Made by a program: the position numbers and the translations under genes. The notes beneath the pieces are model-generated. The model worked only from the letters and a program-made list of their open reading frames with translations, did no database searches and had not been told where the DNA came from. Positions 10,607 to 20,895 of a stretch of 55,027 nt of DNA are shown here, one piece after another. Origin of the DNA: a virus (lineage: Duplodnaviria > Caudoviricetes). The stretch spans positions 1 through 55,027 of the IMG/VR virus record IMGVR_UViG_3300030116_003984. The stretch is one strand, 5' to 3'. Within the stretch, counting starts at the first letter, position 1; each line of letters starts with the position of its first letter.

Positions 10607-11176
10607 TTAATAACCTCCACGAGATGGAGTTCTTGTAGGCGCTTTAGGCACTGGAACCCTTCTTCTACGTGGCGTTCTTGTAGTTGTCCCTCTACTAGCG
10701 CTTGGTTTTGCACTAGCAATTTGTGATGCATCTACTTCAGTAGAAGTTTGACTTACAATCTCATTTGGTTTTTTATTTATTTTTTTTGTAATATGTGAAG
10801 AAGGAATTGATTTTTTTGTTAACATCCTTTTTTCATATTTTTTTCTAAAAACAGGTTGATACTCTCTAGCGTCCTCCGCATTATCACAAACTTCACCAGA
10901 AATACCACGAAGAGCTAATCTATAAAAATTTTCTCTTAAAACCTTATTGTCATACAACCTGTCTAGTTTTTCTTTTGGCGTTATATTTAAAGGTAATTGA
11001 TTTTTTTTCTTAACCTCAGAAACCTCATCTATTTCTTTTCTAGATAAAGAAATAATATTCTTACCAGACTTTGTTATATGTTTTTTTAATTTTTCATATT
11101 CAAAGTTTACTGCCGAAGCAAAACCTTTAAAAAATAATCCTAAATACTTTTTTATTTCATTTCCTTTTAAACTCAT
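10607..11176 (-). CDS. Basic hypothetical protein with low-complexity R/T/P tail
   Basis: 189 aa, A-rich leader, fills the gap in the operon. Confidence 0.6.
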   Translation of the reverse strand: MSLKGNEIKKYLGLFFKGFASAVNFEYEKLKKHITKSGKNIISLSRKEIDEVSEVKKKNQLPLNITPKEKLDRLYDNKVLRENFYRLALRGISGEVCDNAEDAREYQPVFRKKYEKRMLTKKSIPSSHITKKINKKPNEIVSQTSTEVDASQIASAKPSASRGTTTRTPRRRRVPVPKAPTRTPSRGGY

Positions 11177-11186
11177 TTTATTTTAT

Positions 11187-14100
11187 TTATGTAGCAGAAT
11201 TAAAAAATTGTTGAGCATCAGCGCTAGTAAAATTAAAGAAAGCTAAAAAGTTTTCTGGTGCTTGGGCCCCATAGCCAATGCTGTTATGCACTAAATTATA
11301 ATTTTGGGTTGTGTTAAAGTTAGGCACATCTGTAGCTGCATCAAAAACAACCGTTTCGTTATTTAAGTAGTCGCCAACAATTACTCCGTAGCTTCCTGTA
11401 TACAATCCATCATGGTTTGCTGTAGGGTTTTCATAAGCGTGTCTTAAATTGTTATAAAATGATAAATCTAATTTACAAATAAGAGTATCTCCTTGAGCAT
11501 CTACAAAAGTATAGGAAGCCGCAATGCTTCCAACAGGATTGTTTTGATTTGAAGATGCGTCAGAAGGTACTAGAACCCAAAGGCTTGTAAAATTATTAGT
11601 AACTGGATGTGTCGCAGGAGCAAAACCATAAACGGCATCAAACAACAGTTCATTAGGAAAAGAACCCCCTAAACCTAAATCTTCAACATTATTTACTAAA
11701 GCACCAGCTTGAGTTTCATACACCCAAGAAGCGCTAAGTGGTGGAGGCGGGCCACCAGGAGGTTCATTAACCCTTCTATGAACAGAAATATTTCCAACAT
11801 AACTAGATAGTTCTATATGAGTAAGTGTATAACCAAGACCATAAATACCATTGAAGTAGTTGTTAGGCGCTATTCCTCCAAAAGTCCCGTCAATAAAATT
11901 AATTGGTATCCCAACAACGTTTTCATCTTGACTTGGTGTGCCATTCATATTTTCACTGTAAATAAGGCCTTGAGCACTACCAGATGGGGTAATAACAAAA
12001 GGGCTTTGAGCAGGGCTGCTAGGAGCGATGTTGTCTATCTCAAAACAACCTCCCACAGTAAATACAGTAAAGCTATCCCCTGAATAAGCTGGGCAATCCT
12101 CATATTGTACAGCATTAGGCTGAATACTTGTTATGTAAGGACTAATCGGTACGTTAACAAGAGTTTCCGTATGCGTTCCACCATTCATAGGCAGTGAAAC
12201 ATTAAATTGATAGCTAGTAGCGCCAAGTACATTTATAGTGTAGGGCCCCGCTCCTGTTACAGTTATTACTACCTCGTTTCCAGTTGGAGTATAATTTACA
12301 TCTACTGTTAATGTAGCAGTAGCTAGTGGGTCAGTACAATATAAACAAGAGCCATCATCTTGTGTTGCGTTAGGGTCGTAATTAAACGCTGCAGGGTCTG
12401 TACAGCCTAGATAATAACAAGAACCATCATCAGTAGTAGCGTTAGCATTATAGTTAGAAGCAGCTGGGTCAGTACATCCAAGGTAAAGACACGTACCATT
12501 ACACGCAGGGTCATCAAAAAGAGTTATACTAGGAACGTCTATAATGTTATTATAGGCCCCAAAACTGTAATTTGAATAATTTATTCCAGAAGCCCCATTC
12601 GTTGTTATGTAATTGCAATTTTGACCGTAAGTATCCGAAAGAGGGTCTGTGCACCCATATATTGTGTATAAACAAGAACCATCATCAATGTTAGCGTCTG
12701 GGTTATAATTGTCTGCTGCAGCACTTAATAGAGTTCCTTGATGAGGATAATATAAAGGACTGTTCGTTGGGCTTGTGCCATCATCTGTACATCCGCTACA
12801 GTTTATTTCTATGTTAGAAATAGCCTCTGAACAAATAAGGTTTCCTGCATTATCGTAATAATTCCATACTATAATGTAATCTCCTACCGCTAATTCACCT
12901 ACTTCTATTCTATCAACAACGCCATTGTTTAATATCGGCTCTTCGTCAAGAGTGATTATACCTGAGCTCGCTAAACCACCAAGCCCAGAATTATTATGAT
13001 TAGAAGGGTCGTATAAAGCGGTAAATGTTGAGGAGTTCATGACATAACTTGATGAATTGTAAACTACAATATCAGAATTTTGCCAAAAAGCTGCTGCATC
13101 CATTGAGCCGCTATTATTTCCAAAAGCTGCACCGTAAGATGTCAAAGGACTAAAGTCTATAAAGAATTTTCCAATCCCATCGCAAGAGTTAAAAATTCCT
13201 TTGCTTCCACCATTTACACTAGGTGAAAAGTTATTCCAGCCTATCATAGTGTTAAAACCTTCTTGTAATGTTTGAGCAAGTGAATTGTCAAAAAATTGAG
13301 GAGAATCTTGATAATCATTTGATTGGCAAGTAAAATCACTAATGGTAAAAACTACAAGTTCTTGACAGCCTGTATAAATTCCATCTGTAACCTCAATAAG
13401 AGCTGAAAAACTTCCAGTAGGAATAGGTATTGTTATGTTAGGTTCTGAAGAAAAATCTCCAATGGTAGTGTTAATATAATGATTGTTTCCAAAAGAATCG
13501 GTAATAGTAACACTAGTGTTGTCAAATTGAGAATTTATCGCATTACTTATAAACGATATTTCTACGGTTATAGGGTCTCCAACAGTAGCTAGTGGAGTTT
13601 GTGCAAACTCAACACCAAATCCGTTAGTTGGACAGTATACGCAAGACCCATCATCTATCTGAGCTGTTGAATCATAATTTAAAGCTCCAGGGTCAGTACA
13701 ACCAAATGTTGGAGCGGGCTCTGATACAAAAACATTTGTTGATTCAGTACATCCAGCATCGTCAGTTACAACAACAACATAAGTTCCAGCCGTAACTGCA
13801 TTATTATTTACTGGAGTAGTTCCGTCTGAAGCAAAATACTCATAACTATATGGAGGTGTACCGCCACTAGCGAATGCAACAAAAGAACCGTCAGCGCCAC
13901 CATAAGATGTTACGTCAGTTACAGTTACAGGTGGTATAAATAAACTGCTGCAATATGTACATGAACCATCATCAATAGTAGCTAATGGGTTGTAGTTGTC
14001 CGCAGCAGGGTCAGTACATCCAGGTATAGGATATTCACATGAACCATCATCTGTTATTGTCCATCCTGGATTATTTGCGTCATAGAAAGCGCATAAAACA

Positions 14101-17100
14101 GGGAACTCATCGCAATAATAATTTAAAGCAGAAGGGTCTGAACATCCTGTGATTTCATCTATACATCCCCCATCATCAATCGTTGCTTCTTCTACATAGT
14201 TAAAAGATGTAGGGTCAGTACATCCTGACAAAGGAACTTCAACTTCTATACTAGAACCACAATAATATAAATAATAATAAATGTTTTCTAAAACTGCAGC
14301 AGCCGCTTCATCAAGACCATCATCAGTTAAAGTCTGATACAAATCACTTAATGTTTGACCAGCAAATAAAGGCATTCCTTCTACTAGGTCTGGTGTAGAA
14401 GCAATATCATTAGGTATAAATAAAACAGTATAATTTCCAGACTGTAATCCATCAAGAAAAACAACACCATTATTGTCTATGTCTGAAAAAACTATATCCT
14501 GTCCTTCATCTAAAACAATAACATAAAAAGGAGAATTTCCAACTAAATTAAGCCCAAAGCTTCCATCTGCTTGGGCTTCATAACCCACGCTATTAGTTAT
14601 TCCTAAGTCTTGAGAATAAACAACTGTTTCTGGTTGTACAAAAAAGCTGCCGTTTTGAACTATAGCGTCTATTTCTGAAGCATCAATAAGATTTGCACAC
14701 GGATATTCACATGAGCCATCATCTACAAGTGCCAAAGGGTCGTAATTATATGCTGCAGGGTCAGTACAACCAACACTTGGAGTACAAAGCTCCCAACACA
14801 GTGAATCTACCCCAGGTTCATCGTAGTTATTTGCCTCTGTCCCATCTATACAAGTTTGAGTATAAAAAGAACCATTAAACTCTACAACACTTCCTATTTC
14901 ATAATTTATTGGTTCCTCAGTTGTTATAATAACAGGTTCGCCATCGGCAGCAAAAACAAGCTCTCCATCATCATCTAATTGTTGTGTTGAAACAAATTCT
15001 GAATATACAAACTCACCCATAGAAGCTAAAGCGCATAAATCTACTGGGCTTAATTCATATATTCCTCCAAAAGATAGTATGTATTCTTCTTTTTTAACAT
15101 CGTAAACTCCATGTATTCTTATATTTGTGTCATATTTTTTAATTGTTTGAGACTTATCCCCAAAGTAATCTTTCATGAAAAAATTAGAAATAGGCGTTAA
15201 CCCATTTTGAGAAAGTCTTAAAGCAGCTCCTCTATCTAAATCATAAAAATAAATTCTACCTGCATACTCAGCAAATGACTCTGGATGAAAACCTATTCCG
15301 TACTCTCCTGAATATGGTATTGCTGATGATAAAACTTTATTGCTAGAAGCAAGAGAGCCACTGCCGTCAGCATTGAATAATATGTTTCTTTCTACTACAG
15401 CTCTAGAAACTTTGTCTTCTTGAAAAATAACTAAAGACTCATCTTTAGCAAATAATTTTTGTATACTTCCATAAGCTCTATTATACTCTTCAAAAGGAAA
15501 ATCTACTAATCCCGATGAATTAAATGTAGATATACCATTTATATTTGTGTTAGGAATAAATGGTTCTGAGTAATATATTGTAGCATACCTTTCAGTCTGC
15601 TTGTATTGTTCGTCAATTCTATTTGGCCTACCTCTATCCCAAAAGTCTGAATCAAAGTAATCAGAAAGGTTATAGTCTTCTACAAAAGTAGCAAATAAAC
15701 TGTCTCTGTTTGGCCCTCTATGTCTTAGGTAAACATCTCCGTTTTGAAACCTACCTGTTGCTGGCCCCACGCCAATAAGCTGGTTTACTTCCCCGCCATG
15801 AGCCCTTGCTCCGTTGGCATCTTCTATAATATCGTATCTGTGGCCAAACTCATAGTAAAAAACATCTTCTTGCTCTCTTCTAACTTTTGGTCTAAAAATT
15901 TCTATATAAGAACCCATTGCAAAAGGCTCTTGAGCGTTTAAACCATAATTAATACCTGTTGTAGCTTCTGCAACGTTTATATCTAACCAAGCTCCTTCAA
16001 TAATAGCAAACCTAGACGTATTTTTAAATCTATTAACATTAGTGGTAGTACCATCAGGGTTAACTATATCTTCTGTAAGATGAAGCTGGTCTCCAGAGTC
16101 AGGAAAGAAAGAACCTATATCAGAACTATTTGCTGCCTGTCCCTGAAACTCTTCATCTTTAAATAAATCTTTATACTCACCTTGACCAGTTATACCTAAT
16201 ATTTGAAATTCTAAAGTAGCTCCTGGGCTAAGACCTGTTGTAAAAGATTCTCCAACCTCAGTACCAGAACCATTTTCCTGTAATAAAAATCTTATTCTAT
16301 CTCCTTTTTTAAAGTTCCAACCAAAATTAGGGCTTTCTTTTTCTAACTCATGTTTATATAACTCAGATAAATCTACTAAATATTTTCCGTGTAAAGGATG
16401 AGAGTTTAAAGGGAAAAAAGACTTACCCTCATATATTCCTAATGTAGCACATTGAACAAACTCCTCCATAAGGTCATTACCAGCGTAAACCCACTGATAA
16501 TGTGTTGCCCATTCTGGCGGCTCATGATTTATAGACCAGTCTATATATGCTGGATAATTGGCTTGTCCAGGGTTAATTCCTCTTTCTGCCCAAGAAGGTA
16601 CATAAGCATCAAAACTGTTGTCGTTATCAACCATTACAGAGCTTGACCTATTAAACTTATCGTAATATACTAAACCAAAGTTATGTGTTGCCCCACTCTT
16701 AAAACCAGTTTGAAAAAGGCTGTTTTGGCCTCCTTGTAAAAAATCAAAATATCCAGTAATAGCAAACTCTTCAGTATCTACTGTTTGGGTGCAAGGGCCA
16801 AAAAAGCTGTCGCAACATCCAGCTGGTATCATTTGATAAGTTACAAAATAAAAATCTATTGCATTTGAGCTTGCAAACTCTATCCAAACAGGACAGTCTG
16901 GGTGATTATTATAAAAAGTCCATGGAGCGACATAACCATTAAAGTCGTTAGGTGGTTGATTTATTTGAGTTGTGCCTAACCAATCCGCATAACTGTTTAC
17001 AGGCCCGTTACCAAGAGGGATAGCATTTAGTATATCATTAAATGAATCTCCTGAGCCTGTAAAAGTAAAACCGTTCCAGTCTCCTTGATTATTGAAATAT

Positions 17101-18776
17101 AAACTGTCATTACCATTGATATAATTTGGTATACCAGCCCCACAAAAGCTCACAGTGCTTGAGCTGTTTTGTCTGTTATTTCCTCCTACAATAATATCAG
17201 CTGCAGTAGCATTAGAAAAATTGTTATAAAAATCTAAAGCCATTTCAGAACCAGTCTTACCTGCATTACCTAAGCCGTTGTAAGTTTGGCTGTATTCAAT
17301 ATTATAATCAATCTTAGAAGAATAACCAACAGTGTCGTCTTGGCAATTATTACAACCATTAAACCAGCACCCAGCTGAAGTTGCTCCACTATTTTCATAA
17401 TTACCTGATGCATTAATATCAACATTCACTGTGTCCCCAAGGACATCTGAAAAGACAAATCTAATTCTATTTGTGTGTATATTCCAAGTATTAGGAATCC
17501 ACTGATTAGAGGTGCTGTACTGAATAGCTACAACAGCATTGTCTTGAAAATCAAAATCTGCGGGTAGGTCATCATCAGCAAAAACATGTCCTAATTGAAC
17601 ATCTGCTTTTTCCTTTACATCATAACCATTTGTTACATTTCCTAAAACTAATCTACCCCCATCAACTACATCTAAAGATTTTGCTTTTAAAGGAACATCA
17701 TCAAATAATTTAGCTACTTCATGTGGCGGTAAAAGTTCTACTGCTTCGTTATTGTAAAAATTATAACTGTAAGAGCTGCCTGGAGCTAAACCTTCTTTTT
17801 CTAAATCTATATCAGCAACTATAGCCCAACCTCTTTCCGAAACAAACCTTTCGCCCTCATCTTTAAGAAGTATTCTAGAAGCTATCTGAACATTTTTTAC
17901 ATCTTCAGGGCCTGTTTCAATAAGAACTGTAATCATGTTAAACTGAGAAATCATGTCTCCTGAAAAGTTTAACGAAGGGTCATAATTGTATGATTTTGAA
18001 ACTAAACTATGAGGAGAAAAAGCTGAAATTTCGTTATCATTATAAACGTATCTATAAGCAAACTGAATTACCTTTCCGTATATTTTATTGTCCTTATAAT
18101 TAGGGTCTGTCGTTGGGGCAATAATAGGCATTGAGGTGGGAGGCATTTTAATTAAATTAAAATACTCATTAAAAGAATCAAGAGTTATGTTTTGATAAAG
18201 ACCTAAAGTAGAGTCTACTCCTGAAAAAGAAAAATCTGATGTAAGAGACGTATATAAATCCCCATTCGTCCCCGATATAGATGCCGTGCCTGTTGTTAAC
18301 TTAGCACTTGCTATATTCATTTTTCTTGGCGGGTTTAAATTATCAGTCCAATATAAAATACCTTCTGGAGCAAAAGATTCTCTATGACCAATAACCTTGA
18401 TACCTGTTATAAAATGACTTGTTTGAAAGTTTAAAAAAGAAGAATTTAATAAAAGAGTTATGTTGTTTGTTTTTAAACTGTACTCATATATAGAGTGTTC
18501 AGAGTTAGCAATATCAGCAACAAAATAAATTATTCTATCCATAGGTTTATCTTGATAAGAACCTATACATTGATAGTCTAATGGATTTGCTCCTGGAGCA
18601 GCACCGTTTATTATTTGCTCAAAGCCTTTTATATTTTCTACTGAACCAACATCATCTCCTTCACTTTCAGCTGCTCTAATATTTAGCGCATCCCTATAGT
18701 CTCCTTGAGGAAGTAGTCTTTGCTCGGTGTCTTGATTTAATCCACCTAAAAAATTTTTCTTATCTATAACTGCCAT
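11187..18776 (-). CDS. Tail muzzle/stabilisation protein (N-terminal part) fused to adhesin-like repeat region
   Basis: Starts NFLGGLNQD..RLLP.GDYRDALNIR; contains YWTDNLNPPRKMN, YGSIQKL, EYGIGFHPESFA and LRLSQNGLTPIS; second half has GCTDP repeats and an SprB-like repeat. Confidence 0.8.
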   Translation of the reverse strand: MAVIDKKNFLGGLNQDTEQRLLPQGDYRDALNIRAAESEGDDVGSVENIKGFEQIINGAAPGANPLDYQCIGSYQDKPMDRIIYFVADIANSEHSIYEYSLKTNNITLLLNSSFLNFQTSHFITGIKVIGHRESFAPEGILYWTDNLNPPRKMNIASAKLTTGTASISGTNGDLYTSLTSDFSFSGVDSTLGLYQNITLDSFNEYFNLIKMPPTSMPIIAPTTDPNYKDNKIYGKVIQFAYRYVYNDNEISAFSPHSLVSKSYNYDPSLNFSGDMISQFNMITVLIETGPEDVKNVQIASRILLKDEGERFVSERGWAIVADIDLEKEGLAPGSSYSYNFYNNEAVELLPPHEVAKLFDDVPLKAKSLDVVDGGRLVLGNVTNGYDVKEKADVQLGHVFADDDLPADFDFQDNAVVAIQYSTSNQWIPNTWNIHTNRIRFVFSDVLGDTVNVDINASGNYENSGATSAGCWFNGCNNCQDDTVGYSSKIDYNIEYSQTYNGLGNAGKTGSEMALDFYNNFSNATAADIIVGGNNRQNSSSTVSFCGAGIPNYINGNDSLYFNNQGDWNGFTFTGSGDSFNDILNAIPLGNGPVNSYADWLGTTQINQPPNDFNGYVAPWTFYNNHPDCPVWIEFASSNAIDFYFVTYQMIPAGCCDSFFGPCTQTVDTEEFAITGYFDFLQGGQNSLFQTGFKSGATHNFGLVYYDKFNRSSSVMVDNDNSFDAYVPSWAERGINPGQANYPAYIDWSINHEPPEWATHYQWVYAGNDLMEEFVQCATLGIYEGKSFFPLNSHPLHGKYLVDLSELYKHELEKESPNFGWNFKKGDRIRFLLQENGSGTEVGESFTTGLSPGATLEFQILGITGQGEYKDLFKDEEFQGQAANSSDIGSFFPDSGDQLHLTEDIVNPDGTTTNVNRFKNTSRFAIIEGAWLDINVAEATTGINYGLNAQEPFAMGSYIEIFRPKVRREQEDVFYYEFGHRYDIIEDANGARAHGGEVNQLIGVGPATGRFQNGDVYLRHRGPNRDSLFATFVEDYNLSDYFDSDFWDRGRPNRIDEQYKQTERYATIYYSEPFIPNTNINGISTFNSSGLVDFPFEEYNRAYGSIQKLFAKDESLVIFQEDKVSRAVVERNILFNADGSGSLASSNKVLSSAIPYSGEYGIGFHPESFAEYAGRIYFYDLDRGAALRLSQNGLTPISNFFMKDYFGDKSQTIKKYDTNIRIHGVYDVKKEEYILSFGGIYELSPVDLCALASMGEFVYSEFVSTQQLDDDGELVFAADGEPVIITTEEPINYEIGSVVEFNGSFYTQTCIDGTEANNYDEPGVDSLCWELCTPSVGCTDPAAYNYDPLALVDDGSCEYPCANLIDASEIDAIVQNGSFFVQPETVVYSQDLGITNSVGYEAQADGSFGLNLVGNSPFYVIVLDEGQDIVFSDIDNNGVVFLDGLQSGNYTVLFIPNDIASTPDLVEGMPLFAGQTLSDLYQTLTDDGLDEAAAAVLENIYYYLYYCGSSIEVEVPLSGCTDPTSFNYVEEATIDDGGCIDEITGCSDPSALNYYCDEFPVLCAFYDANNPGWTITDDGSCEYPIPGCTDPAADNYNPLATIDDGSCTYCSSLFIPPVTVTDVTSYGGADGSFVAFASGGTPPYSYEYFASDGTTPVNNNAVTAGTYVVVVTDDAGCTESTNVFVSEPAPTFGCTDPGALNYDSTAQIDDGSCVYCPTNGFGVEFAQTPLATVGDPITVEISFISNAINSQFDNTSVTITDSFGNNHYINTTIGDFSSEPNITIPIPTGSFSALIEVTDGIYTGCQELVVFTISDFTCQSNDYQDSPQFFDNSLAQTLQEGFNTMIGWNNFSPSVNGGSKGIFNSCDGIGKFFIDFSPLTSYGAAFGNNSGSMDAAAFWQNSDIVVYNSSSYVMNSSTFTALYDPSNHNNSGLGGLASSGIITLDEEPILNNGVVDRIEVGELAVGDYIIVWNYYDNAGNLICSEAISNIEINCSGCTDDGTSPTNSPLYYPHQGTLLSAAADNYNPDANIDDGSCLYTIYGCTDPLSDTYGQNCNYITTNGASGINYSNYSFGAYNNIIDVPSITLFDDPACNGTCLYLGCTDPAASNYNANATTDDGSCYYLGCTDPAAFNYDPNATQDDGSCLYCTDPLATATLTVDVNYTPTGNEVVITVTGAGPYTINVLGATSYQFNVSLPMNGGTHTETLVNVPISPYITSIQPNAVQYEDCPAYSGDSFTVFTVGGCFEIDNIAPSSPAQSPFVITPSGSAQGLIYSENMNGTPSQDENVVGIPINFIDGTFGGIAPNNYFNGIYGLGYTLTHIELSSYVGNISVHRRVNEPPGGPPPPLSASWVYETQAGALVNNVEDLGLGGSFPNELLFDAVYGFAPATHPVTNNFTSLWVLVPSDASSNQNNPVGSIAASYTFVDAQGDTLICKLDLSFYNNLRHAYENPTANHDGLYTGSYGVIVGDYLNNETVVFDAATDVPNFNTTQNYNLVHNSIGYGAQAPENFLAFFNFTSADAQQFFNSAT
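12330..14775 (-). repeat. Nine GC(T/S)D(P)..A.NY...A..DDGSC.Y protein repeats (some degenerate) plus one SprB-like repeat
   Basis: Counted in the supplied translation; DNA copies such as gggtcagtacatcc and gaaccatcatc recur. Confidence 0.85.
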
Positions 18777-18778
18777 AA

Positions 18779-19540
18779 TTACATTTTAGGCGTTTGCTTA
18801 AAGTTCTTTCTAGACTGTTGCAATGCCTCTTGTTTTGTAAAGTTGCTGAATCTAGCTATTGCTAATCTTTTTTCATTATACCAATCTCTTCTTGCCATTT
18901 CTTTTTCATTCATTGGTATTAATCTTTTTCTTTGTATGCTTTTCCACCAAACATAAGCTCTTAAAGCTTCTTCGGCATGCACATGTATATCATACTCTCC
19001 ATTATCACCACTCCCATCACCAACATACTCTAAATATATTGAACCTCCTGCAAATGGAGATGCTAAAGCAATTTGATTTTTTTCCTTGTCTATTCTGTAG
19101 TATCCAAAGTCACTTTGACCTCCGCCTACTCCGTATATCCTACCCATGTTTTCTCCGCCTCTATAGTTAGAAAACCAGTATATATCTTCAATATTATCTA
19201 AGTCTCTTGTGTCACTCCCAGATGATTTAGCTATAGGTGCTCCACAAGCGTCTGTAGCTCTAGACAAACAAGAGCCAAGATATTTAGAAAGGTCTCTAAT
19301 TACACCGTTATTACAAACGCCTATTCTAACATAGTCTACATAATCAGAAGGAAGGTCTACTGTTAGATTATCATTAACCTCTAAAGTTTTTGCCTTAACC
19401 TCTTGAGTAACATCAAAAGAAAGCTCTTTTAAGCCACGTAAAGCAATATCTAAGTATTGCATGTACTTATGCTCTGTATACTCGCCTTGTTGTATTAAAA
19501 GGCTTCTTATTATTTCGTCTATGGATACGTAACTATTCAT
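18779..19540 (-). CDS. Tail ring/tubular protein
   Basis: LPSDYVDYVRI, IYLEYVGDG, AEEALRAYV motifs; directly upstream of the muzzle gene. Confidence 0.7.
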   Translation of the reverse strand: MNSYVSIDEIIRSLLIQQGEYTEHKYMQYLDIALRGLKELSFDVTQEVKAKTLEVNDNLTVDLPSDYVDYVRIGVCNNGVIRDLSKYLGSCLSRATDACGAPIAKSSGSDTRDLDNIEDIYWFSNYRGGENMGRIYGVGGGQSDFGYYRIDKEKNQIALASPFAGGSIYLEYVGDGSGDNGEYDIHVHAEEALRAYVWWKSIQRKRLIPMNEKEMARRDWYNEKRLAIARFSNFTKQEALQQSRKNFKQTPKM

Positions 19541-20184
19541 TATTTACTTATATCATCATTTTGTTCATCATGTACAGCATTTCTCATTACTGTGTATAAT
19601 TCTACCACGTCTCTAACAACATCACTTTCTAATTCCGCTGGCATAGGAAATGGAGCATCAGGCGCTATATCTTTTGAAACAACCACTAGCTTTAATAAAA
19701 CTTTTTCTAATCCAAAGCCTACGTTATCATTATAATATATTCTATCATGTTCAACCCAAAAACCCTCTTTACCTAAAAGTCTTGAAGAAGGTAGGTTAGC
19801 GTATAGTCCTAAAGAACCGTTAGGCATCCTAACAAAACTTGCTCTTTGGTCTTTTTGATAGCTAACATGATATACGCCTTTGTCATCTGGCAAGGCTAAA
19901 GGCATAGCTGGTAAAACAGAATATCTTAAATCTTTATTATTATCTTCAAGTATAGCAATATTATTATAAACAGAAATATAATTACCCAAAACACCGCTAG
20001 TATCAACAAAAGCACTTGTGTTAGAAAAAGAAGTGCTCATTACTTCTTGTTTAACTAATCTATCTCTAGCTTGCTCTACAGCTAGCATAATCTCTCTTAT
20101 GTCAAACTCTGTATCTCTAGTGACATATCCGCCACTAAGTATTCTCATACACTGTTCTGCTAATATTCTTTTAGTTGTTGGCAT
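19540..20184 (-). CDS. Tail ring protein paralog
   Basis: DIREIMLAVEQAR and FPMPAEL; ring-protein size and position. Confidence 0.55.
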   Translation of the reverse strand: MPTTKRILAEQCMRILSGGYVTRDTEFDIREIMLAVEQARDRLVKQEVMSTSFSNTSAFVDTSGVLGNYISVYNNIAILEDNNKDLRYSVLPAMPLALPDDKGVYHVSYQKDQRASFVRMPNGSLGLYANLPSSRLLGKEGFWVEHDRIYYNDNVGFGLEKVLLKLVVVSKDIAPDAPFPMPAELESDVVRDVVELYTVMRNAVHDEQNDDISK

Positions 20185-20188
20185 CTAC

Positions 20189-20893
20189 TTATATTCCTTG
20201 TTGCTTTTTCAATTCTGCAAATTGACTAAGCTGATTTTCTCTAAGATTAATTCCTACAAAGCTTAATATTCTTATGGCTATTTCGTTAAAAGTTTCATCA
20301 GGAAACTCTAAATTAGTGCTGCTGGCTTCATCATAAACTGGGTATGTTAATGGATTAATCCCTGTAGCGTCTGTCGGATTACCGTCAGCATCTTGAAAAT
20401 ACACCCATTCTGGTTTTGCTGGTCTTCTCAAATATGTTAATGTACAACTCACAGTATCTGGTTCAATATTAATTTGGTTATCTACAATATAAGCAACAGG
20501 ATAAGTGCTTGAAGGAGGTGTTAAGGCGCTATTTAACACGTGACCCAGCTCAGCATCATCTAAAAGCTTTACATGTCTATCAGTGGTAGTTCTTAAAGAA
20601 ACTAAATGAACATAATCACTGTTTAAACCAGATATGTCATCACCACTAGATACATCTTCTGAAGTTACAAAAATTCTTAAATCATCTGAAACTTTTTGTG
20701 ATTGTTGAAAAGCAACTCTAGGAATGGGTCTGCCTGGCTGATACTCAGCAGGGTTGTTATACCTCTCCATAAAAAATTGCATTTGAGCTCTATCCGCTAC
20801 TAAATTAAACTCATCAGGCTTTATATACCCGCTTTGCTCTTTGTTAGCAACAAACTTTACAAACTCGTATAATTCATTAACATCTATAGGCAT
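20189..20893 (-). CDS. Tail ring/adaptor protein
   Basis: NKEQSGYIKPDEFN...AQM and YLRRPAKPEW motifs. Confidence 0.7.
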   Translation of the reverse strand: MPIDVNELYEFVKFVANKEQSGYIKPDEFNLVADRAQMQFFMERYNNPAEYQPGRPIPRVAFQQSQKVSDDLRIFVTSEDVSSGDDISGLNSDYVHLVSLRTTTDRHVKLLDDAELGHVLNSALTPPSSTYPVAYIVDNQINIEPDTVSCTLTYLRRPAKPEWVYFQDADGNPTDATGINPLTYPVYDEASSTNLEFPDETFNEIAIRILSFVGINLRENQLSQFAELKKQQGI

Positions 20894-20895
20894 AA

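Noticed and set aside
12330-14775. Diversity-generating retroelement repeats
   Set aside because: Repeats differ at all bases as ordinary protein repeats; no reverse transcriptase in the window
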